A DNA stretch of 64,000 nucleotides from Lachnoclostridium sp. UBA3262 (lineage in GTDB: Bacteria > Bacillota > Clostridia > Lachnospirales > Lachnospiraceae): positions 43,639 to 107,638 of the forward strand of contig DEUM01000009.1 in assembly GCA_002362575.1 (NCBI GenBank), in the 5' to 3' direction. Below the pieces are notes generated by a model that saw only the letters and a program-made list of their open reading frames with translations, searched no databases and had not been told where the DNA came from. Both the position numbers and the translations under genes were made by a program. This document shows positions 9,190 to 20,973 of this stretch, piece by piece (within the stretch, counting starts at the first letter, position 1; the number at the start of each line of letters is the position of its first letter).

Positions 9190-9223
9190 AACTGGAAACT
9201 GTAGATTTAAAAAAGAAAGGAAT

Positions 9224-10066
9224 TTGATGATGGGAAATATTTTTGCTGGTCTTGAGAGTTTCGGGCTAAAGGGTGTTGAGGAAGTTGATGTTTTTCAGGA
9301 GAATGGAAATGAAAAGGGAGAAGCCTCTGACAAAAATGAACAGAAGAAGGAGTTTACCGAGGAGGATTTTATTTTTGAGAAGCATTATACCTGCCCGGTT
9401 TGTGATAATGAGTTTAAAAGTAAAATGGTTCGTACCGGAAAAGTACGTCTGATTGGAGCAGATTCGGATTTGCGTCCGCGTTATCAGGGAGTCGACTCTC
9501 TGAAATATGATGCTATTTTATGTCCGAAATGTGGTTATGCAGCATTGAACCGGTATTTCAATTTTGTTATGGCTGGTCAGGCGAAAAGCATCAAAGACAA
9601 GATTTCTACTAATTTTAAATATCAGCCGGAAGAAGGCAAGATATACACGTATGATGACGCCATTGCCAGACATAAAATGGCACTGCTGAATACGGTAGTA
9701 AAGAGCGGAAAGAACAGCGAACGCGCTTATACCTGCCTGAAGCTGGCGTGGCTGTGCCGTGGTAAGCGGGAACTGCTTATGCAGGGCGAGCATACCAAGG
9801 AAGAACTTACAGATTTGACGTCAGAGGAAAAAGAATTGTTAGTAAATGCCTTTGAGGGATTTGAGGTTGCTTTCGGTAAGGAAGATTTTCCGATGTGCGG
9901 TATGGACCAGTACACGATGATGTATCTGCTGGCAGAGATGGCAAGACGAATCGGACGTGTGGATGAGGCAAAGCGTTATGTGTCTAAGGTACTGGTAGCA
10001 CGGGATGCACAGCAGAGAATTAAAGATAAAGCGTTTGACTTGAAAGAGAAATTGCAAGGCAAATAG
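9224..10066 (+). CDS. DUF2225-family protein (two CxxC pairs, helical C-terminus)
   Basis: YTCPVCDNEF...DSDLRPRY...ILCPKCGYAAL pattern. Confidence 0.75.
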   Translation: MMMGNIFAGLESFGLKGVEEVDVFQENGNEKGEASDKNEQKKEFTEEDFIFEKHYTCPVCDNEFKSKMVRTGKVRLIGADSDLRPRYQGVDSLKYDAILCPKCGYAALNRYFNFVMAGQAKSIKDKISTNFKYQPEEGKIYTYDDAIARHKMALLNTVVKSGKNSERAYTCLKLAWLCRGKRELLMQGEHTKEELTDLTSEEKELLVNAFEGFEVAFGKEDFPMCGMDQYTMMYLLAEMARRIGRVDEAKRYVSKVLVARDAQQRIKDKAFDLKEKLQGK

Positions 10067-10092
10067 AGTGCGGCTGAAAAGCGCGCACTCTT
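10065..10092. terminator. Hairpin between convergent genes, probable terminator
   Basis: agagtgcg pairs with cgcactct. Confidence 0.5.
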
Positions 10093-10116
10093 GAAGAACG
10101 GCAGAGCCGTTCTTGC

Positions 10117-10848
10117 TTATTTGGAGCCACTGTCATCCGGCAGTATTCCGTTTACTTTTGTCATAGCCCGCGGCAGGGCGTCCTTTGAGGTTTTCCATGG
10201 GGCGTCTGTGTTGCGGTAGTCAAATTTGTCGATGAACCACGAAACCTCATCCTGCATCCGCTTAAAGTTATCAAGAAAGATTTTATTCAAGTCCGTGGTA
10301 AAATCCTTCAGAGTCTGTCCGCTCAAATAGCGTGGAGCCATTTCAAATAGCAGTCCATAATGTTCTAAGCAGAATCCTCTGCAGTTTTTAAATTTCTTTC
10401 GGAACTCCATATCTTTTTCGTACAGATGCAGAGTAGTAACCAGATAGCGCTCAAAGGTGTTTTTGATGCGCTCGCAGATAAAGCAGGAATGAGATGTTTT
10501 CTCTGTATATTCGTACAGGGCGGAACCCGTTTTTTTGGAAAACAGTCCGCTAGAGGAAGAACGCCCTTTTTTCTGTAGTTTCTCGATTTCTTTTATTATA
10601 TGCTGCATATGAGTATTTAAAATCAGAGCAAGTCCGAGTCGGTTTTCAAAATCATACATCATCTGCATGTGTTCTTTGCAGAATCCGACTTTGTCCGTTG
10701 TCAGCCGGATATCGTCCTCCATGTAGCTTGGACCCATGGCAAAGGCAACATTGTCATCTGCCAGTTTTTTCTTCATCGCGCAGATGGGACATTCGCAGGG
10801 AATATCAAATATATCGTTGACGGGTATATCATACAGAATTTCTTTCAT
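10117..10848 (-). CDS. DUF6062-family protein (Cys-rich)
   Basis: CECPIC, GFCKEH, SCFIC and GFCLEH duplicated halves; DKFDYRN...PW motif. Confidence 0.7.
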   Translation of the reverse strand: MKEILYDIPVNDIFDIPCECPICAMKKKLADDNVAFAMGPSYMEDDIRLTTDKVGFCKEHMQMMYDFENRLGLALILNTHMQHIIKEIEKLQKKGRSSSSGLFSKKTGSALYEYTEKTSHSCFICERIKNTFERYLVTTLHLYEKDMEFRKKFKNCRGFCLEHYGLLFEMAPRYLSGQTLKDFTTDLNKIFLDNFKRMQDEVSWFIDKFDYRNTDAPWKTSKDALPRAMTKVNGILPDDSGSK

Positions 10849-11012
10849 AGACAGCCTCCATTTATATTAAGTATTATTTTGATATCATTATCTTTATCAT
10901 AGCATAAGAGATAAAAAATTGAAACAAGTTAAAAATTTAAGAAAAAGAGAGAATAAATGAGTAATAATGAGAATATATTATAAAATACTAGGATATTGAA
11001 AAAGAAGAGACT

Positions 11013-11041
11013 TTGCATTTCTATTCATTATTGCATATTAT
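11013..11041 (+). promoter_or_regulatory. SigA-type promoter of groESL
   Basis: TTGCAT-17-TATTAT immediately upstream of the CIRCE element. Confidence 0.55.
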
Positions 11042-11053
11042 AGAGCCAATGGG

Positions 11054-11080
11054 TTAGCACTCAATATCAAGGAGTGCTAA
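11054..11080. promoter_or_regulatory. CIRCE element (HrcA operator)
   Basis: Exact TTAGCACTC-N9-GAGTGCTAA upstream of groES. Confidence 0.97.
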
Positions 11081-11395
<315 letters not shown>

Positions 11396-11413
11396 GCATT
11401 AGGAGGGAAATGA

Positions 11414-13039
<1,626 letters not shown>

Positions 13040-13042
<3 letters not shown>

Positions 13043-13223
13043 CCACCTGATGAAAAAACGCAGTTTTTTCATCTGCACCGTACCGTATGGTACGGTGCAG
13101 GAAAATCGCTTCAAAGAGAATATGAAGCACCCCGATAGGGGTGGTTCATATTCTCGTGCGATTTTTCAGGTGGTTATGAGCACGAACCGAAGGGGAGTGC
13201 GAATAACAGGTGGTTATGAGCAC
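13040..13223. repeat. Nested palindromic element with a 17-bp direct repeat at its right end
   Basis: 11-bp inverted repeat taaccacctga (13040)/tcaggtggtta (13176) enclosing two hairpins; caggtggttatgagcac occurs at 13167 and 13207. Confidence 0.7.
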
Positions 13224-13252
13224 AACTACGAAAACAGATAGGAGAGTTCTTA

Positions 13253-13750
13253 ATGGAACAATCATACGCAGAAGCAAATGCGAAAAAGAAAACGACAGCA
13301 GCTACCGTTGCACTAAAAATTATTTTAGTCCTTATTGTTATCATAATCTTTATGGCTTCATTTTTGAGCCGGTTTGTACTGTTAGCCGGCGTGGCAGCAG
13401 GAGTTGCCCTCATCTGGTATTGGCCAAGATTTAAGGTAGAATGGGAATATGTTTATTGCGACGGACAGCTTGATTTTGATATGATACAGGGCGGAGAAAA
13501 GCGCAAGCATATATTGCGGCTGGAGATTGAGGACGCCGATGTCATCGCTCCATGGGACTCGCCAAAGATGGATGGATACCGGCATCTTCCGGTCAAAGAC
13601 TATTCTTCCCTCAGACAGGAAGCGAATGTGTACGCGCTGGCAACCAGAATGGAAGGACAGGAGGAAAAGGTTGTCATCAAGTTTGAGCCGACTGACCGGA
13701 TGCTTGACATGATGTACACGAAATGTCCGAATATTGTAGAAAAGAAATAG
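13253..13750 (+). CDS. DUF6106-like membrane protein
   Basis: Two TM segments followed by EWEYVYCDGQLDFDMI and a C-terminal FEPTDRML. Confidence 0.65.
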   Translation: MEQSYAEANAKKKTTAATVALKIILVLIVIIIFMASFLSRFVLLAGVAAGVALIWYWPRFKVEWEYVYCDGQLDFDMIQGGEKRKHILRLEIEDADVIAPWDSPKMDGYRHLPVKDYSSLRQEANVYALATRMEGQEEKVVIKFEPTDRMLDMMYTKCPNIVEKK

Positions 13751-13949
13751 TTAAAATAATAGACAGAAAAAATATATTATTAAAAATCTTCCCTTTATAA
13801 TCTTTAGAGTGAAAACAGTTAAACAGTTTGTTTTGCAATTTGTTTGTGGGTTATTCAGGGGAGATTTTGTGATTTTTAATATACAAAATTTCCTGTTTGG
13901 AAATCCTCTGTCTGTGTGGTATAATGAATATCAATATGTAAAACAGGAG

Positions 13950-16619
13950 ATGAAAGAATTGGAAAAAAGACTGGCGATTACTCTTATTTTTATACTTTTT
14001 ATGGGAATTGTTTTTCCATATATGCCTTCTGTGGCAGAGGAAACAGGGGCAGAGCGTATTACGATGACAGAGCTTTACAATAAAAGGGCTTCACTGATGG
14101 CAGAACAGGGAATGACTGTGACGATTTCATCTGCTGAAGAGATGGATATGTGGTCTAAATACTCAAATAGTAGAACGGCAAAAAATCCCAGTCTGTCAGG
14201 GGTAACAGTAGAGCTTTTGCAGGATATAAGATATTCTCCATATACATTTTCTTATAATGAAATGTCTGGACGGTTTGGCATTTATTCTTATGGGGAGTTA
14301 AAGGCGGCTTACGATGTAGAACGGGGGGTGTTCCGTTCTGATTTTTCGTCTGATGATGAGATAAATTTACCTAAAGATTGGAAGTTTTGGGATCCGATTA
14401 CCCAATTTGACGGAACCTTTGATGGAAATGGTCATTATATTGCCGGTTTACAGCAGAATGATGATGCTAGCTATTTTAAGACAGGGATGCTTTTTATTAA
14501 GCTGGGTGGTTGTGTGAAAAATCTGAAGCTGTCACAGTGTTATCTTAGTGGGCTACAAGACTACATAGGTGGCTATGGGGGTGCAATCTGTGGTGTTTTA
14601 CATGGCACAATAGAAAATTGCCATACTTCTGATATGTATATCAGTAGTAATAATTATATGGGTATAATTGGCGGATTAGTGGGAGTAATACAGGACGGAG
14701 GTATGGTAACAGTTTGTTCAGCAGAAACGTATATGCATGGTAACGGTGGGGATGTGGAGACCAATGGAGGTGCGATGGGCGGACTGGTGGGAGAAATATA
14801 TAATGGGGGTACGGTAACGGATTGTTCGGCAGAAACACATATGTATGGTACAAGAGCATGTGGGATGGGTGGACTGGTTGGAATAATATATACAGATCTG
14901 GATACGAATACAGATAGCGGTATTGAAATAAAAAGGAATTATGTATCAGGATTGATTCATAGTAATCCTAGTTTAGTTGAGTGTACGGGCGGGATAATTG
15001 GGAAAATCGCAGTTTCGAATTCCGCTTACAAGGGAGTGCATGAAGAAATAGAAGACTGTGTAAGTGAGATGGATATACAGTGGCAGCGGTGGGATTCGCT
15101 TGTGGAGGAAGATTATAGGTATAGGGGGGGATATAATGGTGGGATTGTTGGGTATTGTGAATCGGGAGACTGGTCTATTCTAAACTGCGAGAACCGGGGG
15201 ACACTATCAGGAGGAGTTTGGTTAGGGGGGATTGCGGGAAAGGTAGACAGTATGTTTATTAACCAGTGCAGAAATGCGGGAAATATAAGAGGAAACTGTA
15301 CTATAGGCGGTATTGTGGGGGAGTCATCGAACCTTGTGGCAATTGCAAATACAGAAAACATGGGAGACGTCACATGGGAAATAAAGAAAGGGTATAAAAA
15401 TACTGGAAGAGCATATCTTGGGGGAATGGTAGGAAATAGTGAGGGGAAACTGAAGGTTTCCAATAGCTTTGTTGATGGGAATGTTACGGTCAATGCAGAT
15501 AAGATAAATGATGTAATGGCGGGAGGCATTATAGGCTATTTTTGTAATTTTGAGGATGATTCGATTTCAAATAATCTCTGTGCTTATATGACGGTTGACG
15601 GGGAGAACGGTAACATTCTTTGCGGCTCTGCAAACATAGATGATCCTTTAAAATTGGTGGATGTCTATTATCCGGGAGAGAATGTGGATTCACAGTGTGA
15701 GAGTTTAAATGAGTGGGTAAGGACAAAATGTGAAGGAGAGTATAATTATGCTTATATAGACGGGAAGGAAACTTTCCCCTATGTGAAATGGATTTTGAAA
15801 CAGGGAGTTCCGAGACTACAGTTAGAGTATCTCACCAAACCGGAAAAGCCGGATCCGATTGTATTGCCTGAGCTGACGCCGCCTCCAACGGTAACTCCAA
15901 AGCCTGCAACTCCGACTCCAACGATAACTCCAAAGCCGACCGTACCTGCAACGCTGGCGCCAACACAAACATCGACTGCGCCGGATTCGACACGGACGCC
16001 GCTGCCAATAACAGAGACAAAAAAGCCGGCGCCATCCGCCATACCGGCTGTGACGGGAATTAAAATAAAGGTAACGAGAGACGCCGCCCTGACCATTCAA
16101 TGGAAACCGACGGCAGGAGTGTCCGGCTATTCGGTTTATCGCTCAAACAAGAAAAAATCAGGATACCGGGAGATTTCAAGCGTACCGTCCGGAAAACAAA
16201 AATGGCGGGACAGGTCAGTGAAAGAGAAGCATACCTATTATTATCGTGTGGCTGCCTATCGGATAGTTCAGGGAAGGAAAGTGTACGGAGTCAATTCTAA
16301 TCCTCAGAAAATCAAAGTGAAGCTGCGGGCTCCGGTAATTTCACTTAAAAAGAAAAAAAGCGGGAGCGGGCAGCGGTATATACAGATAAAGATAAGAAAG
16401 AAACGGGTTTCACAGGTGGAACTGTGGGTTAAAAAGGGAAAGAAGCCATTCCGGCGGATGAAGCTGCATGGAGTGGCGAAAAAGAAGAAAACGAATACAA
16501 TTAACCTGCGGTATAAACCGGAGGGTAAGAAGCTGCATGTTCGAGCCAGAATCATTCAAAAAAAGAAGAAAAAGCGGTATAAGAGTTACTATTCAAAAAC
16601 GAAAAGGATTCGGATATAA
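13950..16619 (+). CDS. Secreted/surface protein with GLUG-motif repeats, Pro/Thr linker, FN3-like domain and Lys-rich C-terminal domain
   Basis: Start placed at MKELEK after caggag; signal-like segment; FDGTFDGNGHYIAGL; about 9 GG(L/I)(V/I)G repeats; PTVTPKPATPTPT linker; LTIQWKP...YSVYRS...WRD...TYYYRVAAY. Confidence 0.8.
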   Translation: MKELEKRLAITLIFILFMGIVFPYMPSVAEETGAERITMTELYNKRASLMAEQGMTVTISSAEEMDMWSKYSNSRTAKNPSLSGVTVELLQDIRYSPYTFSYNEMSGRFGIYSYGELKAAYDVERGVFRSDFSSDDEINLPKDWKFWDPITQFDGTFDGNGHYIAGLQQNDDASYFKTGMLFIKLGGCVKNLKLSQCYLSGLQDYIGGYGGAICGVLHGTIENCHTSDMYISSNNYMGIIGGLVGVIQDGGMVTVCSAETYMHGNGGDVETNGGAMGGLVGEIYNGGTVTDCSAETHMYGTRACGMGGLVGIIYTDLDTNTDSGIEIKRNYVSGLIHSNPSLVECTGGIIGKIAVSNSAYKGVHEEIEDCVSEMDIQWQRWDSLVEEDYRYRGGYNGGIVGYCESGDWSILNCENRGTLSGGVWLGGIAGKVDSMFINQCRNAGNIRGNCTIGGIVGESSNLVAIANTENMGDVTWEIKKGYKNTGRAYLGGMVGNSEGKLKVSNSFVDGNVTVNADKINDVMAGGIIGYFCNFEDDSISNNLCAYMTVDGENGNILCGSANIDDPLKLVDVYYPGENVDSQCESLNEWVRTKCEGEYNYAYIDGKETFPYVKWILKQGVPRLQLEYLTKPEKPDPIVLPELTPPPTVTPKPATPTPTITPKPTVPATLAPTQTSTAPDSTRTPLPITETKKPAPSAIPAVTGIKIKVTRDAALTIQWKPTAGVSGYSVYRSNKKKSGYREISSVPSGKQKWRDRSVKEKHTYYYRVAAYRIVQGRKVYGVNSNPQKIKVKLRAPVISLKKKKSGSGQRYIQIKIRKKRVSQVELWVKKGKKPFRRMKLHGVAKKKKTNTINLRYKPEGKKLHVRARIIQKKKKKRYKSYYSKTKRIRI

Positions 16620-18034
16620 TGAAAGAAAAGGAACTGCAAAAGGGAGCGATAGTGAGGGAGCGCTACCGGATTGAGAAAATTCTAGGACAGGGTGGTTTCA
16701 GCATTACATATCTTGCCACAGATGAGCGGATGAATGTTCCTGTCGCATTAAAGCAGTATGATATGTCTAAATTACTGACTGGGGATGAGGCGAAAAGGGA
16801 AGCACAGCTCGCTGCCTGTTTTTATGATTTGGAAGGAATCGCGGCAGCGAGAGATTATTTTGAAGAACAGGGAATCTTTTTTATCGTCATGGAATATGTA
16901 GACGGAATCAATATTACGGATTTTGTGAAACATCATGGCAGTATGAACGGACAGGATGTTTTAGAAAAGATGAGACCGATTCTGCATAGTCTGAGCCGGA
17001 TTCATGAAAAGGGCGTAATTCACCGGGATATTAGTGGAGATAATCTGATTTTATCAGCAGATGGAAAATTGAAACTGATTGATTTTGGTGCCGCCAGACA
17101 GCGGATTCAAGATGATGAAAAGCCATATACCCTGATTTATAAGAGGGGCTTTGCGCCTATCGAACAGTGCCAGAGCCACGGTGTTCAGGGACCGTGGACG
17201 GATGTGTATGCAGTCTGCGCTACGATGTATTTTATGCTGACTGGTATTATTCCGGATGATGCGGTTGACCGTATGATACACGACCGTGTGCGCCCGCTGG
17301 AGGATTTTGTGGGAATCGGACTTAATCGGGAGGAAGCCGCTGCTATTATGAAGGGAATGGCGGTAGAAGTAAAGAAACGGTATTCTTCAGTGCGTGATTT
17401 GTATTCTGATTTGTATGGTGAGAAGCTGGTTCAGAGTGAGATTTCAACAGAAGCAAACTGGACGTATCGGGAAGATAGAAAAAACAGAAAACAGAATACA
17501 ACCTATCTTGCCAGACAGGTAGAACGGTTTTATAGAAAGAAATATATAAAAAAGAAATATCTGATAGCGGTGATTCTGGTATTATTATTGATAGTGACTG
17601 GTTTTATGTTTTGGAGAAATACTTCGGCGGGCAACCAGACAGAACGAATAGCCAGAGCTACCGGGCAGCCGGTGAAACCGAAGAAGCCGGAGAAGTCTGA
17701 GAAGCCAAGTCAGGTAAAGGTAGGAGAATATACCGGAAAAAACCAAAAGGACATACAGAAGGAGCTGAAATTCTATCAGAAAAAGGGAATGAGGCTTCAG
17801 ATTATTAAAAAGTATAGCAGGAAGAAGAAGGGCAGAGTGCTCTCACAGAAGCCTTCCTCAGGCAGTGTTTATACTTCATGGAAGGAGGTAACGCTGACAC
17901 TGATTGTCAGCAGAGGGGAAAAGCCGGAAAGAACACCAGAGCCTACGCCTAAGAAAACTTCGAAACCAAAACAGGAGAAGGGAAAAAGCGAAAAAGGGAG
18001 CGTGACATTTCATGGAAATCTGGATGAACTCTGA
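16619..18034 (+). CDS. Hanks-type Ser/Thr kinase with one TM segment and one PASTA domain
   Basis: GQGGFS, VALK, HRDISGDN, DFG, APIE and DVY motifs; TM YLIAVILVLLLIVTGFMFW; PASTA-like VGEYTGKN...GRVLSQKPSSG...LIVSRG. Start overlaps the upstream stop (taatg). Confidence 0.9.
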   Translation: MKEKELQKGAIVRERYRIEKILGQGGFSITYLATDERMNVPVALKQYDMSKLLTGDEAKREAQLAACFYDLEGIAAARDYFEEQGIFFIVMEYVDGINITDFVKHHGSMNGQDVLEKMRPILHSLSRIHEKGVIHRDISGDNLILSADGKLKLIDFGAARQRIQDDEKPYTLIYKRGFAPIEQCQSHGVQGPWTDVYAVCATMYFMLTGIIPDDAVDRMIHDRVRPLEDFVGIGLNREEAAAIMKGMAVEVKKRYSSVRDLYSDLYGEKLVQSEISTEANWTYREDRKNRKQNTTYLARQVERFYRKKYIKKKYLIAVILVLLLIVTGFMFWRNTSAGNQTERIARATGQPVKPKKPEKSEKPSQVKVGEYTGKNQKDIQKELKFYQKKGMRLQIIKKYSRKKKGRVLSQKPSSGSVYTSWKEVTLTLIVSRGEKPERTPEPTPKKTSKPKQEKGKSEKGSVTFHGNLDEL

Positions 18035-18082
18035 TAGCAAACTGATTTGGCCGGAATGTTGACGCTTTAGTAGAATGGAGAA

Positions 18083-19381
18083 ATGATGGAGAATTCAAGT
18101 TATTATACGTTTGAACATTTTTTACTGGAGAAATGGGGAAAGCCGGGAGAGGGAGATACCGAAGAAAAAAGGCGGGAAAAAGCGTTTCAGCGATTCTCAC
18201 ATGCAGTCAGAAATAAACATATTGCTTCAAAACAGACCATGCGGAAATGGTTTTCACTAAATGGTTGTTCACTGCCTTCCAGAGAGCATATTTTGCGTCT
18301 TGGGCTGGAACTGGGTATGTCGGTGAAAGAAACGGAAGAATACCTGACTTATGGGATTTCTGAGCCTCAGCTTCAGGTCAACGACTATATGGAGTTTGCG
18401 GCGATGTACTGTCTTGAGCACAAGCTGGGATATTTGGAGTACGAATCAATCATAGAATTTTATGAGCTGGAAACGGAGAACGATACAGAAATTCGCCAGA
18501 CAAACCATACGGAACGGATGCTGAATCTGTATCAAGAGGTAAAGGACTATGAGAAGAAAGCTTTTATGATATGGATGTGCCAGAATTCAGAGTTATTTAA
18601 GGGTTATAGTAAGACAACCTATGACTGCTTTTGTTCGCTGGTGGAGGAGTGTCTTTTGTCCTTCCGTGAACAGAATAAGAATGCGTTAGAGAATACTCTG
18701 TTAAAAACAGATTTTTCCGAATGGGCGGCTGCGCAGGAGATTCCGGAGGAGGACAGGCTTCAGGCGATTCCCCGCTACGTTAAGAACCGGAAACGAGGGA
18801 AGCGTCATACGCTGTCAAAGGAGCTTCAGCGGGAAATACGGGAGGACTACCTGTTTGCTTATTCTTCGCAGGACCGTCTCTGCGATTTGCTTATCGTTTT
18901 GTGGGAGGAGCGGATACCAAAAAAGATCGATATGCAGGAAATCCGTCTGACAAACCGGAAATATATTTCAGAGCTTCTTTCGATATCACTTCAGAAAAAA
19001 AGGCAAATGGAGATGAAACGGGAGTTGATCCGTCTAAAAAAGCGTGAGGAGGCTGGAGAAGTGGTGTCAGAGGAGCGAAAAATGCTGCGCCGGGCGTTGA
19101 CAATGCAGACTCAGCGGGTACGGATGATTACCCGTTCTGATTTACTTTTGCTGACTCAGTATGTAGCCGGTGAGCGTTACAACGAGGAAATAAACGAACA
19201 GGCAAAGGAGTTTGACAGGGAGGAGGCAAAGGAGTACTTTATCTATTTTGCCAACACGATTTTGTCAAGCTGTAAAATGAGGCTGCTGGATGAACGGTAC
19301 CGTCTAGATAATGAGTTGTTGTCCTGCTTCAGAGAGGACGAGATGATTCTTCTCTCGAAATTATTGCAGGGGGATTTTTGA
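18083..19381 (+). CDS. Hypothetical protein with two HTH-like modules
   Basis: PSREHILRLGLELGMSVKETEEYL near the N-terminus and a related ITRSDLLLL...CKMRLLDERYRLD near the C-terminus. Confidence 0.55.
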   Translation: MMENSSYYTFEHFLLEKWGKPGEGDTEEKRREKAFQRFSHAVRNKHIASKQTMRKWFSLNGCSLPSREHILRLGLELGMSVKETEEYLTYGISEPQLQVNDYMEFAAMYCLEHKLGYLEYESIIEFYELETENDTEIRQTNHTERMLNLYQEVKDYEKKAFMIWMCQNSELFKGYSKTTYDCFCSLVEECLLSFREQNKNALENTLLKTDFSEWAAAQEIPEEDRLQAIPRYVKNRKRGKRHTLSKELQREIREDYLFAYSSQDRLCDLLIVLWEERIPKKIDMQEIRLTNRKYISELLSISLQKKRQMEMKRELIRLKKREEAGEVVSEERKMLRRALTMQTQRVRMITRSDLLLLTQYVAGERYNEEINEQAKEFDREEAKEYFIYFANTILSSCKMRLLDERYRLDNELLSCFREDEMILLSKLLQGDF

Positions 19382-19419
19382 CAGGGGATTTGAGTGGCAA
19401 AATTGAATCGTGGGACTGG

Positions 19420-19451
19420 AAAACATCTGTTAGTGTGACAGGTGTTTTTTT
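19420..19451 (+). terminator. Intrinsic terminator
   Basis: aaaacatctgt pairs with acaggtgtttt, followed by a T-run. Confidence 0.7.
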
Positions 19452-19588
19452 GATGGAAAATGTTGAAACTTGTTCTGTCTTGCGGGTGGTATAGTGAGTG
19501 AAAGGCGGTGGCAATTTCCAGCAAGGAAAGGAAGCGGAAAAGACTATTTTGTAGATGCATGGGGAAATGTGTTGATATATTTTTCGAG

Positions 19589-19607
19589 ATGGACGTATTG
19601 TGTCCAT
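19589..19607. promoter_or_regulatory. Candidate operator palindrome ATGGAC-N7-GTCCAT
   Basis: Inverted repeat just upstream of an extended -10-like tgatataa, ahead of the HTH gene. Confidence 0.45.
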
Positions 19608-19675
19608 GCTGTCTGATAAAATTATGATATAAAACAGAGAAGGGTAGAATGTTATATTATTAGGGGTAATGAGTC

Positions 19676-19915
19676 TTGAAGGAAGTAAGCAAAGTTACAC
19701 GGGTGCTTAGCATTTACAATAAACTGGTCGGAGGGGAAATTGTAAATAAAGTATTTGAGGCGAATCGATTTGGTGTGAGTGAGAAATCAATTCAACGGGA
19801 TATTGACGAGATTCGAACATATTTATCGCAATCAATTGTTGATGGATATGGAATAGTTGGCGAAGTAGTTTATGATCAAGCGAAAAAGGGATATCGCCTG
19901 AAGCAGATTGTTTGA
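19676..19915 (+). CDS. Stand-alone winged HTH resembling the N-terminus of WYL-domain regulators (no WYL domain)
   Basis: RVLSIYNKLVGGEIVNK..EANRFGVSEKSIQRDIDEIRTYL...YDQAKKGYRL, followed by a stop codon. Confidence 0.7.
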   Translation: MKEVSKVTRVLSIYNKLVGGEIVNKVFEANRFGVSEKSIQRDIDEIRTYLSQSIVDGYGIVGEVVYDQAKKGYRLKQIV

Positions 19916-19998
19916 GGGGGAGTGCCTTTTTTGTGAGGCAATCACTAAGTATGGTTTCATACAAAAAGATGTAAATTGTTTGTTTTTGCCATTGTGAG

Positions 19999-20952
19999 GT
20001 GGTGACAATAGTGAGTATAGTAATTGGTTCATTTAATATTAGGGATTTGAATTTTTCGAATGAAAGTAAAGATGGAGAAACACAAAAAAGAGATTTTCCA
20101 CTTATAGCAGATATGATAATTAAAGAAGGGTTTGATGTAGTTGCTATTCAAGAAGTAAATGCTCCCATGGCTTTGGAGAGAATAGTATTTTATTTAAATA
20201 AAAAGAAAAACCTTTTACATGAATGGGAATGCGACGCAAGTGGTAAAGCTGCAACTACCAATAATGATCCGGAAGGTTATGGATTTATTTGGAATAAAAA
20301 AAGAATTAGACTAATGGATATTTCAAGGAAAAATAATCCTACTTTTTATAATTGTGCTGGGGGAAAGAATGTCATCCGACCTCCATATTATGGCAGATTT
20401 ACAACAAGAGGTTTGCCTGGCGGTTCTAATTGTGAGATTAGGCTGGTCAATACGCATATTCATGATGCTAGTAGAGAACTTGAGCGTATTGCAGAATTCG
20501 ACGTTTTGGTCAAGCAGGTTTTGCCAAGGATATGTGATCATAATGAATTGCCAGTATTTAATGAGATGATGCCAGCATATACATTTTTACTTGGTGATTA
20601 CAATCTTAGGCTTGATAAGGGCGAGAGAGCCGATGTAAGAATAGAAAGTATCACACCAACCTTATATACAAACAAAAAGCGATATTATAAAACAGTACAA
20701 GAGGAGAAAACTTCCTTAAAAACGATTAAGATGATTGATCAAGATGCCGACTTGCGAGATTGTTATAAAAGCAATTATGATCATTTCACATATGAGTTTG
20801 ACTTGATTAGAAAACTAAAGCTACATGAAGAACGTGTTGAGGCTCTGGGGAAGTATTTTGGAAAAGAAAAGTCGGCACAAGAAATTCTGCAGTTATATAG
20901 GGAAAAAGTTTCTGACCATGTGCCAATAAAAATGACTGTGGACTTAAAATAA
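19999..20952 (+). CDS. Endonuclease/exonuclease/phosphatase (EEP, DNase I-like) family protein
   Basis: Complete catalytic motif set: SFNI, DVVAIQEV, VNTH, LGDYN, YDH and SDHVPI. The start could be the GTG at 20011. Confidence 0.85.
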   Translation: MVTIVSIVIGSFNIRDLNFSNESKDGETQKRDFPLIADMIIKEGFDVVAIQEVNAPMALERIVFYLNKKKNLLHEWECDASGKAATTNNDPEGYGFIWNKKRIRLMDISRKNNPTFYNCAGGKNVIRPPYYGRFTTRGLPGGSNCEIRLVNTHIHDASRELERIAEFDVLVKQVLPRICDHNELPVFNEMMPAYTFLLGDYNLRLDKGERADVRIESITPTLYTNKKRYYKTVQEEKTSLKTIKMIDQDADLRDCYKSNYDHFTYEFDLIRKLKLHEERVEALGKYFGKEKSAQEILQLYREKVSDHVPIKMTVDLK

Positions 20953-20973
20953 AAATGAAAGGATAAGCTAAGG

